64,000 nucleotides of DNA, from contig JBAZVI010000002.1 in NCBI GenBank assembly GCA_041660925.1, positions 19,906 to 83,905 on the forward strand, written 5' to 3'. Under the pieces are notes generated by a model. The model worked only from the letters and a program-made list of their open reading frames with translations. It was not told the DNA's origin and ran no database searches. Both the position numbers and the translations under genes were made by a program. The DNA is from Elusimicrobiota bacterium (GTDB lineage: Bacteria; Elusimicrobiota; Elusimicrobia; UBA1565). The stretch's first letter is position 1; each line of letters begins with the position of its first letter. Shown one piece after another: positions 28,009-37,648 of the stretch.

Positions 28009-29598
28009 TCAGCTCCAGTGCTTGCGGAGGGAATATTGCTGGATGAGGCCGAGCGTGCTGTTGGTGAGCCAGTAGAGCACGAGCCCGGCCGGGAACTTCA
28101 GGAACATGAACGTGAAGATCACGGGCATGTACTGGAACATCTTCGACTGCACGGGGTCGCCCGTCTGCACGGGGTTCAGTCGGCTCTGCAGGAACATGAC
28201 TCCGCCCATCACCAGCGGGAGCGCGTAGTACGGGTCGTGCGCGGACAGGTCGTGGATCCAGAAGATCCACGGCGCGCCGTGCAGCTCCCAGGCGTTGCGC
28301 AGGGCGTTGAAGAGCGCGACGAAGACCGGCATCTGCAGGAGGATGGGCAGGCAGCCTCCGAGCGGATTGGCGCCGTGCTTCCGGTAGAGCTCCATCATCT
28401 CCTGGTTCATGCGTGCGGGGTCCTTCGAGTACTTCTGCTGGATGCGGGACATCTCGGGCTGCACCTTCTTCATGATGGCCGCGGACTTCATCTGCTTGTA
28501 CGTGAGAGGGAACATCAGGATCTGCAGCAGGACGGTCATGAGCAGGATCGCCCAGCCGTAGTTCCCGGTCAGCCGGTAGAGACGGTAGATGACCTTGAGC
28601 GCCGCGCGCCCGAAGGTGTCGAACCAGCCGAACTGCACCGACTTCTCGAGGCCGAGCTGCAGGTCCCGCAGGGCCACGTAGCCCTTGGGGCCGAGGTAGA
28701 ACGGCAGCTCGAGGGTCATCTCGGCGCGGGGCTCGAGGGCGAGCGGCTTCATCCCCACGCGCGTGCGCGGGGCGAGGTCCCCCGCCATCGGCTCGGCCGA
28801 GGTCTCGACGCGGCCGGAGGCCGCGTCGCCGGGAAGGACGACGGCGAGGAAGTAGCGGTTGTGCACGCCGGCCCAGCGGAACTCCCCGTCGCGGGAGACG
28901 GGCTCTCCTTTGGGCTTGAAGTCCTGGAAGCGCGGCTGCTTCTTGCCGAGCTCCGGGGGCAGCAGGAGCGCGCTCCTCCACTGAGACGAGTTCTCCTTGA
29001 GCTCGCTGGGGACCGTGCCGAGACCGGGACCGACCGACAGGTCCCAGGCGGGGAGCTCGACGCGCTTCGCTCCGGGGTTGTTCACCGTGAGCTTCATCTT
29101 GTGCAGCCCGCGCGCTTCGTCGAAGAGGTACTCCTTGCGGATGAGCGCGCCGGAGGGGTGCTTCGCCTCGAAGGCCAGGGCGCCCGCTCCCGCGGGGACC
29201 GCGCGGAAGGCGAGCTCGGGCCAGGTCGCGAAGAAGCCCGGCCGGGCCGCGGGCACGAGCTCGACGGGGCCGAGAGGCCCGGGGTAGCGGTAGCTTGCGA
29301 TCGACGCGCCGAGCGGCTGGACCTTGAGCTCGACGCGTCCGAGCGTGTAGGGCAGGGCCCCCTCGGTCCCGTCGTCGGGGAGCGCGGAGACCGGGGCCGC
29401 GGGCAGCGCGGCGGCGGTCTTCCCCTCCGCGGCCGCGGTCCGCGCGGCTGCGGCGGGAGCGGCCTTCCCTCCCGCGGACGCCGATGCGGCCGGCGGCGCG
29501 GGCTTGTTCGTGTCCGGGTAGACGCGCTTCATGATGCCGAACCAGCCGGCGTAGACGAGGATCGAGAGGGCTACGGCTAGGAAGAGGTTGCGGTCCAT
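28009..29598 (-). CDS. yidC: membrane protein insertase YidC
   Basis: 529 aa; N-terminal TM, large periplasmic domain, conserved C-terminal core (PLGGCLPILLQMPVF...). Confidence 0.9.
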   Translation of the reverse strand: MDRNLFLAVALSILVYAGWFGIMKRVYPDTNKPAPPAASASAGGKAAPAAAARTAAAEGKTAAALPAAPVSALPDDGTEGALPYTLGRVELKVQPLGASIASYRYPGPLGPVELVPAARPGFFATWPELAFRAVPAGAGALAFEAKHPSGALIRKEYLFDEARGLHKMKLTVNNPGAKRVELPAWDLSVGPGLGTVPSELKENSSQWRSALLLPPELGKKQPRFQDFKPKGEPVSRDGEFRWAGVHNRYFLAVVLPGDAASGRVETSAEPMAGDLAPRTRVGMKPLALEPRAEMTLELPFYLGPKGYVALRDLQLGLEKSVQFGWFDTFGRAALKVIYRLYRLTGNYGWAILLMTVLLQILMFPLTYKQMKSAAIMKKVQPEMSRIQQKYSKDPARMNQEMMELYRKHGANPLGGCLPILLQMPVFVALFNALRNAWELHGAPWIFWIHDLSAHDPYYALPLVMGGVMFLQSRLNPVQTGDPVQSKMFQYMPVIFTFMFLKFPAGLVLYWLTNSTLGLIQQYSLRKHWS

Positions 29599-29653
29599 TC
29601 CATCTCCAGGCGATGACGGTCGCCGTCCGGCTGGAGGCCGCGAGCGCGCGGGG

Positions 29654-29911
29654 TCATCCGGCCGGTACGGGGTCGTGGCCGCCGGGATGGAACGGATGGC
29701 AGCGCAGGAGCCGCCCGACGATCCTCATGAAGGCGAGGTGCAGGGGCAGGCGGGTGAGCGCTTCGCGGGCGTAGAGAGAGCAGGTCGGAGAGAACCGGCA
29801 GCTCGCCGGCCACAGGGCCGCACGGGCCGCGCGGAACAGGTCGAGCACCGTCAGGAGTACGGTCCGCACCTTCTCATTCATGGCGGAGGATGCCCGCTCT
29901 GCGGCAGACAT
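29654..29911 (-). CDS. yidD: membrane protein insertion efficiency factor YidD
   Basis: 85 aa with CRFSPTCSLY...RCHPFHPGGHDPVP signature; true start may be the internal Met (MNEKV...), which shortens the overlap with rnpA. Confidence 0.8.
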   Translation of the reverse strand: MSAAERASSAMNEKVRTVLLTVLDLFRAARAALWPASCRFSPTCSLYAREALTRLPLHLAFMRIVGRLLRCHPFHPGGHDPVPAG

Positions 29912-30233
29912 CCAGGAGCGCTGCCTCTGCGTCGTCCAGTCCCATCCAACGGCAGCCGGGGCGCGGATAGAAGATACAGTCCGCCCCGGGGTCGATGCGG
30001 CTTCGGTTGAGGCGGAAAGCTTCGCGGAGCAGACGCTTCAACCGGCTGCGGCGCACGGCGCCGCCGAGCTTGCGGCTGACGGAGAGTCCGATGCGCGGAC
30101 CGACCGTCGTCCCCGAGTCCCGTCGGTACCAGAGGATCAGGTCCGGGCGCACGCACTTGCGGCCTGAGGAGAAGACGCCCCTCATCGCGAGGGCCGTCAT
30201 CCGCGCGCATCGCCCGAGTCCTCCGGTGCGCAC
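29874..30233 (-). CDS. rnpA: ribonuclease P protein component
   Basis: 119 aa basic protein with RnpA-like core (GLSVSRKLGGAVRRSRLKRLLREAFR); position between rpmH and yidD; start uncertain. Confidence 0.75.
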   Translation of the reverse strand: MRTGGLGRCARMTALAMRGVFSSGRKCVRPDLILWYRRDSGTTVGPRIGLSVSRKLGGAVRRSRLKRLLREAFRLNRSRIDPGADCIFYPRPGCRWMGLDDAEAALLDVCRRAGILRHE

Positions 30234-30244
30234 CGGGCGGAGAC

Positions 30245-30391
30245 TCAGTGCTTCTCGATCTTGATCAGCTGGTGCCGGCCTTTTCTTCGGCGAGCCGAAA
30301 GGACCTTGCGGCCCCCGGCCGTCTTCATGCGGGCCCGGAAACCGATGTGCTTAGCGCGCTTGCGTCGATTGGGTCGATATGTGGGAAGCAT
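30245..30391 (-). CDS. rpmH: 50S ribosomal protein L34
   Basis: Last 48 codons of ORF 30245..31471 read [48 protein letters not shown] from ATG at 30389-30391, a near-canonical L34 sequence. Confidence 0.85.
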   Translation of the reverse strand: MLPTYRPNRRKRAKHIGFRARMKTAGGRKVLSARRRKGRHQLIKIEKH

Positions 30392-30517
30392 GGTGCGGAT
30401 TATAGTAAAAATCGGCGCGAAGGCGGCATCGGAGAATCGTCCCGGCGTATATATAGGAATCCGACGCGCCGGCGCCGCTCCCTCGCGGGGAAGTCGGGGG
30501 CGTCGAAAAAATGATAT

Positions 30518-31726
30518 ATGAGGCGTACGATGACGAGCTTCTTCTCCGCCGCGCTCCTCCTCCTGGCCCTGCCGGCCGCGTCCGCCCCCGCGCCGACGGA
30601 AGCCGGCCCCATCGAGGAGGAGGCCCCCGCCGAGGTCCCCGACACCGCGGGCGCGGGCCTCAAGGAGGTCCTGCGGCGCGCGCGCCTCTCCCGCGCGGAC
30701 GCGCGCCTGGTCTCCATCTCGGCGCGCACCACGGCCTCCGGGACCGTCCTCTGCGACCCGACGGCCCCTTTCCAGGAGGGCTGGCGCTTCAGCCTCTACT
30801 CCAAATCGGCCCGGAAGTTCCTCCTGCTCGCCGAGTGCGCGGGGGCCGTCGCCGGGCCGCTCGAGGAGATGCGCGACAGCGAGATCCTCCAGCGTCCCAT
30901 CGAGGGCAGCTTCATCGACAGCGACGAGGCCATGCGCGTGCTCTCCGCCCAGAAGGTCTCGCTCGACCCGAAGGAGTACCGGGTCGTCGGCAAGCGCCCC
31001 TTCTCCCTGAAGCTCTCGAGCATCGAGGACCAGCGCTTCCCCGACCCCAAGCCCGCGGTCTGGGAGGTGACGGTCGGCTCTTCCCGGTTCACCGTCGACG
31101 CCGGGAAGGCCGGACTCTTCGACCCCGCCGCCTACGGTCTGAACCCGGAGATCTTCCTGCCCGACGAGGAGATCGCCAAGCGCGAAGCGAACCTGAAGCA
31201 GCGCCCGAAGAAGGGCAAGCGCAACGCGACGGCGCGCACCGACTACGACAAGGTCATGGCCTTCGCCGGCAAGAAGTATCCCGGATCGCGGCTCATGGCC
31301 GTCGAGAGCATCGTCGACTCCTGGGGCGGCTCCCCCTGCGTGGGGCCCGGCGACGGCTGGGCGTACTACTTCGCGTATCCCGACCGGAAGGACTTCGCGG
31401 CGATCTTCTCCTGCCTCGGGGACGTCGGCGTGGGCGCCTCGCCGAACATCCCGGTGAGCAAGGAGACCCATCAGCCCCTCGAGGGACGCTTCGTCGACAG
31501 CGACGTCATCCTCGACGGACTGCTCAAGCTCCAGCCCGGCTCCATGAACGAGGGGCTCGGCCGCAACTACACGCGCCTGGGCACGCTGCGCCTCGTCAAC
31601 TTCAAGAAGGCGCCCTTCCGCGACCCCGCGCTCTCCCAGGTCACCCTCTTCTGGGTCTTCAACCTGGGGAACTCGCGCTACACCTTCAACGCGCGCGACG
31701 GGCGTCTGGTGGATACGCGCGAGTGA
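30518..31726 (+). CDS. hypothetical secreted protein (N-terminal signal peptide)
   Basis: 402 aa; hydrophobic signal-like N-terminus [19 protein letters not shown]; no family recognised. Confidence 0.65.
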   Translation: MRRTMTSFFSAALLLLALPAASAPAPTEAGPIEEEAPAEVPDTAGAGLKEVLRRARLSRADARLVSISARTTASGTVLCDPTAPFQEGWRFSLYSKSARKFLLLAECAGAVAGPLEEMRDSEILQRPIEGSFIDSDEAMRVLSAQKVSLDPKEYRVVGKRPFSLKLSSIEDQRFPDPKPAVWEVTVGSSRFTVDAGKAGLFDPAAYGLNPEIFLPDEEIAKREANLKQRPKKGKRNATARTDYDKVMAFAGKKYPGSRLMAVESIVDSWGGSPCVGPGDGWAYYFAYPDRKDFAAIFSCLGDVGVGASPNIPVSKETHQPLEGRFVDSDVILDGLLKLQPGSMNEGLGRNYTRLGTLRLVNFKKAPFRDPALSQVTLFWVFNLGNSRYTFNARDGRLVDTRE

Positions 31727-31810
31727 ACGTCTTGTATACGGGGCCCGCTTTCAATGCTAGAATCCAGAGGTTCGGATGACGGACGAGAAGCCCATTTCAC
31801 CGGAGGCCTG

Positions 31811-32494
31811 ATGGCGAGCAAACCGACCCAGAAGAAGATCAACGTCCTTATCGCGGACGATCAGACTCTTTTCCGCGAGGGCATCAAGGACGTTCTCGAG
31901 GGTGAGCGGGACATCGTCATCGTCGGCGAGGCCGTCGACGGCGCGGACGCCGTGGCGAAGGCCAAGCGCCTGAAGCCCGACGTCGTGCTCATGGACATCA
32001 AGCTTCCGAAGCTCGACGGCATCGGCGCCACGCGGCAGATCCGCAAGGAATGCCCCAGCATCAACATCCTCATCCTCTCCTCTTTCGAAGACGAGTCTCA
32101 CGTGCTCGAGGCCATCTCGGCCGGAGCCAACGGCTACCTCTCCAAGATGCTCCCGGCCGTCGAGCTCATCCGCGCGCTGAAGACCTTCGCCAACGAGGGC
32201 GTCATGATCCCGCAGGGCGTCATGGGAAAGCTCCTCGAGGGCCTGCGCTCGAAGGCGCTCAGCCCCGACTCCGGCGGCACCGCCCTCACGAAGACCGAGG
32301 TCAAGGTCCTCACCTGCCTCGGCCGGGGGCTCTCCAACAAGGAGATCGCCGCGGCGCTCGAGTGCAGCGTGAAGACGGTCAAGAACCACCTCAACAGCAT
32401 CTTCCAGAAGCTCGACGTCAGCAACCGCACCGAGGCCGTCGTGCGCGGCATCGAGATGGGCCTCATCTCCGGAGAGGACTCCTCCGCGAGCTGA
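31811..32494 (+). CDS. two-component response regulator, NarL/FixJ (LuxR-type HTH) family
   Basis: Trimmed from ORF 31754..32494 to ATG at 31811 (MASKPTQKKINVLIADDQ...) with GGAGG 5 nt upstream; receiver domain (DVVLMDIKLP) plus LuxR-type HTH (LSNKEIAAALECSVKTVKNH). Confidence 0.85.
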   Translation: MASKPTQKKINVLIADDQTLFREGIKDVLEGERDIVIVGEAVDGADAVAKAKRLKPDVVLMDIKLPKLDGIGATRQIRKECPSINILILSSFEDESHVLEAISAGANGYLSKMLPAVELIRALKTFANEGVMIPQGVMGKLLEGLRSKALSPDSGGTALTKTEVKVLTCLGRGLSNKEIAAALECSVKTVKNHLNSIFQKLDVSNRTEAVVRGIEMGLISGEDSSAS

Positions 32495-32505
32495 ACCGAG
32501 GGACG

Positions 32506-32877
32506 ATGACCGACCTCGACGGCCTGCGCCGCCTCGCGACTTCGCGGCGCTACGAGCATCTCAGCGAGCGCCTCAACGACGAGCCGGTCCCGCCGCTCGC
32601 CGAGGCCTGGCCGCGTCTCAAGCAGCTCGAGAAGCTCGTGTTCTTCAAGCTGCTCGACTCCGACCGCGCGATGCGCCTCTATGCGGCGCTCCCCTTCGAG
32701 GAGAAGTACTTCCTCCTGCTCGGCTACGCGCCCGCGTCCGTCGCGCCCGCGCTCGAGGGTCTCCCCCCCGCCGCCCGCCGCCTCTTCACCCGCCTCCCCG
32801 AGGGCTGCTACGACAGCATGCTGAAGCTCCTCGTCGGGGAAGAGATCGACATCCCCCTGACGTTCGACCGGAACTGA
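32506..32877 (+). CDS. hypothetical protein (123 aa)
   Basis: In-frame tail of ORF 32050..32877 starting at ATG 32506 (MTDLDGLRRL...), 12 nt after the response regulator stop. Confidence 0.45.
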   Translation: MTDLDGLRRLATSRRYEHLSERLNDEPVPPLAEAWPRLKQLEKLVFFKLLDSDRAMRLYAALPFEEKYFLLLGYAPASVAPALEGLPPAARRLFTRLPEGCYDSMLKLLVGEEIDIPLTFDRN

Positions 32878-32879
32878 CC

Positions 32880-33674
32880 ATGGCGGGCCGTCGCCACTCG
32901 CGCGGTCGCATGGCGATCGCCCAGGGGCTCGTCCTTCGCCGGGGAGTGCTCGGAGAGTCCGACCGCTTCTGCGTCCTCTACACGGCCGAGTACGGCAAGC
33001 TGCCGGTCCGCTTCATCGGCGTCAACCGCCCGCACGGGAAGCTCAAGGCCCTCTCCGAGCCGCTGGCCCTGGGCGAGTACCGCCTCCACCTGCGCGAGGG
33101 CTCCGAGTCGGCGCTCTGCACGGGAGGGTCCCTGACCACCACCCACCCGCGCCTGCGCGCCGACCTCGACCGGCTGCTGCGCGCGCTGCAGGTCTGCGAG
33201 CTGCTCGACCGCCTGACGCCCGTCTCTCAGCCGAGTCCCGCCAAGTTCTCGCTCGCGCTCGAGACCCTCGCGCGCATCGAGGACGCCGAGGCCCTCTTCT
33301 CCTGCGACTGGCTGCTCATCTCCTTCTCGCTGCGCCTGCTCGGCGAGGCCGGCTTCGGCGTGGCCGACCTGCCCGTCACGGAGCGCAACCGCGCGCTCTG
33401 GGACCTGCTCCACGACGCGCCGCTCTCCGAGGTCGCGGCCCTGCCCGAGGACCCCGAGCGCCGCGCGCGCCTCGAGGGCTATCTCCAGCGCAGCGTCGAG
33501 GGCCTGACCGAGAAGCCGCTGCGCACGCTCCGGATGCGCGCGCAGCTCGCCGCGCCCATCATCTCCCCTCCCTTCTCAAGGGAGGGGCTGGGGGTGGGTA
33601 GGACTCCTAAGACGGCGGTTCTCCCCCACCCTGCCCTCCCCGTAGGGGAGGGAATATTGAAAGGACGACCCTGA
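32880..33674 (+). CDS. recO: DNA repair protein RecO
   Basis: 264 aa; N-terminal OB-fold-like segment [30 protein letters not shown]; start may be the internal ATG near 32910; 3' end runs through two GC-rich hairpin repeats. Confidence 0.7.
   Translation: MAGRRHSRGRMAIAQGLVLRRGVLGESDRFCVLYTAEYGKLPVRFIGVNRPHGKLKALSEPLALGEYRLHLREGSESALCTGGSLTTTHPRLRADLDRLLRALQVCELLDRLTPVSQPSPAKFSLALETLARIEDAEALFSCDWLLISFSLRLLGEAGFGVADLPVTERNRALWDLLHDAPLSEVAALPEDPERRARLEGYLQRSVEGLTEKPLRTLRMRAQLAAPIISPPFSREGLGVGRTPKTAVLPHPALPVGEGILKGRP
33565..33652. repeat. two GC-rich hairpins of the CCCTCCC-loop-GGGAGGG family
   Basis: 33565-33587 cccctccc-ttctcaa-gggagggg and 33634-33652 ccctcccc-gta-ggggaggg, inside the last about 35 codons of the recO ORF and just upstream of glyQ. 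Confidence 0.6.
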
Positions 33675-33681
33675 GGAACCA

Positions 33682-34551
33682 ATGAACTTCCAGGATCTCG
33701 TGATGAACCTCCAGCGCTTCTGGGCGCGCCAGGGCTGCCTCATCGTCCAGCCCTACGACCTCGAGAAGGGCGCCGGCACCTTCAACCCGGCGACCTTCTT
33801 CGGCGTCCTGGGTCCCAAGCCGACGCGGGCCGCCTACGTCGAGCCCTCGCGCCGCCCCGGCGACGGGCGCTACGGGGAGAACCCGAACCGCCTCGGCAAG
33901 TACTTCCAGTTCCAGGTCATCCTGAAGCCCGCGCCGGCCGACGTCCAGGCCGTCTACCTGCGCTCGCTGAAGGCCATCGGCCTCGACGCGCGCCGCCACG
34001 ACATCCGCTGGATCGAGGACGACTGGGAGTCCCCCACCCTCGGCGCCGCCGGCGTGGGCTGGGAGGTCTGGCTCGACGGCATGGAAGTCACCCAGTTCAC
34101 CTATTTCCAGCAGATGGGCGGCCAGACGCTGAACCCGGTCTCCGTGGAGATCACCTACGGGCTCGAGCGCCTCGCGATGTACTCCCAGAAGAAGGACCGG
34201 GTCTACGACCTCGATTACAACGACGACACGACCTACGGAGACCTCTTCCTCCGCCAGGAGCGGGAGTTCTCCCCCTACCACTTCGAGCACTCCGACCCGG
34301 AGATGCTGCGCCGGCACTTCGACGACTACGAGAAGGAAGGCGCCCGGCTCTGCGAGAAGGAGCTTCCGCTGGCCGCCTACGACTGCGTGCTCAAATGCTC
34401 GCACCTCTTCAACCTGCTCGACGCGCGCGGGGCCATCTCGGTCTCCGAGCGCCAGGGCTACATCTCCCGCGTGCGCGGCGCGGCCAAGCGCGTCATCGGG
34501 GCGTATCTCGGCGAGCCGAAGAAGGACGCCGTCGCCGGAGGCGCGCGATGA
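33682..34551 (+). CDS. glyQ: glycine--tRNA ligase alpha subunit
   Basis: 289 aa; highly conserved GlyQ sequence ([19 protein letters not shown]..., FQFQVILKP). Confidence 0.9.
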   Translation: MNFQDLVMNLQRFWARQGCLIVQPYDLEKGAGTFNPATFFGVLGPKPTRAAYVEPSRRPGDGRYGENPNRLGKYFQFQVILKPAPADVQAVYLRSLKAIGLDARRHDIRWIEDDWESPTLGAAGVGWEVWLDGMEVTQFTYFQQMGGQTLNPVSVEITYGLERLAMYSQKKDRVYDLDYNDDTTYGDLFLRQEREFSPYHFEHSDPEMLRRHFDDYEKEGARLCEKELPLAAYDCVLKCSHLFNLLDARGAISVSERQGYISRVRGAAKRVIGAYLGEPKKDAVAGGAR

Positions 34552-36647
34552 AGACCGCCCTGCTCGAGATCGGCGTCGAGACCCTGCCGGCGCGCTTCAT
34601 CCGTCCGACCCTGCGCCAGATGGAGGCGCTGGCCGTCGAGATGCTCAAGGCCGAGCGCCTCGAGCACGGCGCCGTCCGCGCCGTCGGCTCTCCGATGCGC
34701 CTGGCGCTCCTCATCTCGGGCGTCGCCGAGAAGTCCTCCGCCGACGAGCGCGAGGCCTCCGGGCCGCCCGCGCGCCTGCTCAAGGACGAGAAGGGCGCGT
34801 ACACGCCGCAGGCGCTGGGCTTCGCCCGGGCGCAGGGCGTCCGGGTCGAGGACCTCTCGACGAAGGAGACGCCCAAGGGACTCGTCCTGCTCGCCCGCAA
34901 GACCCTTCCCGGCGAGGGCGCGCTGCAGGTCCTGCGCCGCGTCTTCCCGGCGCTCATCGGGCGTCTCGAGTTCCCGAAGACCCTCGAGTGGGAGGAGTCG
35001 CGCTTCCGCTTCGGCCGACCGATCCGCAACCTCGTCGCCCTCTACGGGAAGAAGGTCGTGCCCTTCACGCTGGCCGGCGTGCGCGCGGGCAGCCGCACGC
35101 GCGGACTCGCCGCGCTCGGGCAGAAGCCCGTGCCCGTCGCCGACCCCGACAAGTACGTGAAGACCCTGCGCGACCGCTGCGTGCTCGTCGACCAGGACGA
35201 GCGCATGAAGGCCCTGCGCGAGGGGCTCGAAGCCGCCGCGAAGCGCTCCGGCGGCCGCCTCGACGAGGACGACGAGCTCCTCGAGCAGCTGAACTTCCTC
35301 TGCGAGCATCCCGTCGCCGTGCTCGCCGGCTTCGACAAGGCCTATCTCGAGCTGCCGCAGGCCCTGCTCACGACCGTGCTCAAGACCCAGCTCAAGTTCT
35401 TCCCGCTCGTCGGCAAGGACGGCCGGCTCCTCCCCGAGTTCATCGGGGTCCGCGACGGCGTCAGCGAGGGCCAGAAGGAGGTGCAGTACGGCTTCGAGCG
35501 CGTGCTCACCGCGCGCTACAGCGACGCGCGCTTCTTCTTCGGGCGCGACCGCGAGACGACGCTGTCCGCCAAGCGCGCGAAGCTGAAGCTCGTCGGCTTC
35601 CAGAAGGGCCTGGGCACGATGCTCGACAAGAGCGACCGCACCCTCGCCCTGACGCGCTGGCTCTGCGAGCGCCTGCGCCAGGAGAAGCATCTCGACGAGC
35701 GTTCGGCCGAGGCCATCGCCGACCTCTGCCACTGCGACCTCGTCAGCGACGTGGTCAAGGAGTTCCCCGAGCTGCAGGGGACGATGGGCGGCGTCTACGC
35801 CCGCCACGAGGACCTCGGCGAGCGCGTCGCGCTCGGTCTCGAGGAGTTCTACTTCCCCGTGGGAGCGAAGGGCCGGCTCCCCTCGCACCTGGAGGCCGTG
35901 CTCGCCTCGCTCGCCGGGAAAGTCGACGCCGTCGCCGCGATGTTCTCCGCCGGGATGAAGCCGACGGGCAGCGAGGACCCCTTCGCGCTGCGCCGGCTCG
36001 GCAACGGCGCCGTGCGCATCCTCCTCGAGAAGCAGGTCCGCGTCCCGCTGCGCGAGATCCTCGAGGCGGCTCTTGCCGTCGTCGAGAAGCAGGAGCTTCC
36101 CGCCTCCCGGCTCAAGGACGGGAAGGCCGAGACCCTGCGCGAGCTCGAGGAGTTCTTCTGGCAGCGGGCCGAGTCGCTCTTCCTCGACCAGGGCTTCCGG
36201 CAGGACGAGCTCAAGGCGGTCAAAGACGGCGGCCTCGACGACTTCCCCCGCACCTACAAACGCCTCGCCGCCCTGCACGCCCTGCGCGCGGAAGCCGAGT
36301 TCTCCGCGCTCGCCCAGGCCTTCAAGCGCGCCTCGCACATCGTGAAGGGCGACGACGGGGCTTCGCTCCAGGACGTCGACAAGGCCCTGTTCTCCGAGGA
36401 GGCCGAGCGCGGGCTCTACGACGCGCTCGCCCGCGTCGAGGGCGAGGTCCGCAGCAAGACCGCCGAGGAGGAGTACGAGGCGGCCCTGCGGGCGCTGGTG
36501 CGCATCAAGCCGGACCTCGACCTCTTCTTCGAGAAGGTCCTCGTCATGGCCCAGGACCCGAAGGTGAAGGCGAACCGCCTCTCGCTCGTCGGCCGGCTCG
36601 TGCGGCTCTTCCGCTCGGTCGCCGACGTCTCCCAGATCCAGAACTAA
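34548..36647 (+). CDS. glyS: glycine--tRNA ligase beta subunit
   Basis: Trimmed from ORF 34395..36647 to ATG at 34548 ([17 protein letters not shown]...), overlapping glyQ stop as ATGA; GlyS-like throughout. Confidence 0.9.
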   Translation: MKTALLEIGVETLPARFIRPTLRQMEALAVEMLKAERLEHGAVRAVGSPMRLALLISGVAEKSSADEREASGPPARLLKDEKGAYTPQALGFARAQGVRVEDLSTKETPKGLVLLARKTLPGEGALQVLRRVFPALIGRLEFPKTLEWEESRFRFGRPIRNLVALYGKKVVPFTLAGVRAGSRTRGLAALGQKPVPVADPDKYVKTLRDRCVLVDQDERMKALREGLEAAAKRSGGRLDEDDELLEQLNFLCEHPVAVLAGFDKAYLELPQALLTTVLKTQLKFFPLVGKDGRLLPEFIGVRDGVSEGQKEVQYGFERVLTARYSDARFFFGRDRETTLSAKRAKLKLVGFQKGLGTMLDKSDRTLALTRWLCERLRQEKHLDERSAEAIADLCHCDLVSDVVKEFPELQGTMGGVYARHEDLGERVALGLEEFYFPVGAKGRLPSHLEAVLASLAGKVDAVAAMFSAGMKPTGSEDPFALRRLGNGAVRILLEKQVRVPLREILEAALAVVEKQELPASRLKDGKAETLRELEEFFWQRAESLFLDQGFRQDELKAVKDGGLDDFPRTYKRLAALHALRAEAEFSALAQAFKRASHIVKGDDGASLQDVDKALFSEEAERGLYDALARVEGEVRSKTAEEEYEAALRALVRIKPDLDLFFEKVLVMAQDPKVKANRLSLVGRLVRLFRSVADVSQIQN

Positions 36648-36652
36648 GCGAA

Positions 36653-36702
36653 GCGTGAAACAGCGTGGAGGGGCCTTTCGGCCCCGCCCCGCTGTTTCAC
36701 GC
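36653..36702. terminator. nested inverted repeat between convergent glyS and toxin-antitoxin genes (candidate bidirectional terminator)
   Basis: 13-bp outer inverted repeat gcgtgaaacagcg/cgctgtttcacgc enclosing inner hairpin ggggcc-tttc-ggcccc; no clean U-tract on either strand. Confidence 0.45.
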
Positions 36703-36707
36703 TCTGT

Positions 36708-36869
36708 TCAGTGAAGACGGCGACGATAGGTCCGTTCGTTGCGGCGTAGGACTCGCAGGACCGTCACGATGCGCTTGCCGTCGTCGATGGAGTAGAGGAT
36801 CCGCCAGATGCATCCTTCGCCCGTCGGGTGAAATACCCCCGGGCCGAGACCGCCTTCTCCGGACGCTTC
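36708..36869 (-). pseudogene. RelE/ParE-family toxin C-terminal remnant (N-terminal half absent; probable degraded toxin)
   Basis: Frame ending at stop 36708-36710 reads ...GVFHPTGEGCIWRILYSIDDGKRIVTVLRVLRRNERTYRRRLH, resembling RelE/ParE C-termini; upstream in this frame is only the off-frame translation of the antitoxin gene. Confidence 0.4.
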
Positions 36870-37039
36870 AGGTGACTCTTCCACGCTTTCTGTGCGGCGC
36901 GGAGGTCCGCCAGCTCCTGGTGGTAGGTCTCCTCCACGGCTTTCCGCAGGAGATCCGCCATCGGGCAGCGCATCTCGACGGCGAGATGCTTGAGCCCGCT
37001 GTGCAGTTCTTCCGGCAGATAGATGGTCGTGCGTACCAT
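36764..37039 (-). CDS. ribbon-helix-helix (CopG/ParD-like) antitoxin
   Basis: ATG at 37037-37039 preceded by GGAGGG; MVRTTIYLPEELHSGLKHLAVEMRCPMADLLRKAVEETY is a typical RHH N-terminal domain; 91 aa, translated manually codon by codon. Confidence 0.65.
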   Translation of the reverse strand: MVRTTIYLPEELHSGLKHLAVEMRCPMADLLRKAVEETYHQELADLRAAQKAWKSHLKRPEKAVSARGYFTRRAKDASGGSSTPSTTASAS

Positions 37040-37348
37040 GGGGATACCCTCCATGGATAGTATGGGGTATAGACATACATATGTCAATATGTCCCAAAGC
37101 CATCTCCCCACCCCGATCATCCCCCCTCCTGCGGTCTTCAAATAGGATACGTACGGGAACGCAATAAGTTCCATTTGAGATATGAATATTTGGCGGACGC
37201 CTTCGGCCCTGCCCCGCGAATCTGGAACTTTCCCACGCCTCGGCGCGTACTCCCTATATGGATGCAGCGGCGTCAGATACAGCGGCGTCAGGCACCGCAA
37301 CTTTCGGAACTTATTGGGGGTGCGCGGGGATAAGCGCGGGCCTGTGCT

Positions 37349-37648
37349 CGCTAGGAGTCCGTCCGAGTAATAGCGTATTCCCCGGAGGCCCTCAGCCTGA
37401 GCCGTGCGCAAGGCGTGACGAGCGAGCATAGCTTCGCTATGTGAGCGAGGAGCAACGCGGCGCACGGCCGGGATGGGGCCTCCCGCTCCTCCTCGTATCC
37501 TCGTCGGAGGAGCGGGTCGCGCGCTATTGGGCTCCTCCTTCGTTGCTCGTCGCTTACAGGCCTTCAGGCCTGCGCGCTCCTCGCGCCTCGGCTCGCTCCA
37601 ACAGCGCGCGACCGGAGAACACGCTATTACTCGGACGGACTCCTAGCG
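37349..37648. repeat. 300-bp element bounded by 28-bp perfect terminal inverted repeats (candidate MITE or structured RNA)
   Basis: cgctaggagtccgtccgagtaatagcgt at 37349-37376 is the exact reverse complement of acgctattactcggacggactcctagcg at 37621-37648; interior holds further hairpins; no credible ORF. Confidence 0.45.

Noticed and set aside
30392-30517. Replication origin (oriC) upstream of rpmH
   Set aside because: rpmH context suggested it, but no dnaA gene is present and no cluster of DnaA-box-like 9-mers was recognisable in the AT-richer spacer; left as a low-interest note only.
33430-33681. T-box riboswitch upstream of glyQS
   Set aside because: The region is covered by the recO reading frame and hairpin repeats and lacks the conserved T-box sequence; glyQ starts 8 nt after the recO stop.
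34988-36658. Alternative-frame ORF (556 aa) inside glyS
   Set aside because: Arg/Pro/Gly-rich off-frame translation of the glyS coding region; glyS itself is unambiguous.
36868-37080. Third-frame ORF (70 aa) overlapping the antitoxin gene, considered as the toxin N-terminal half
   Set aside because: Translation (MYVYTPYYPWRVSPWY...) has no RelE/ParE-like features and is the off-frame image of the RHH antitoxin.
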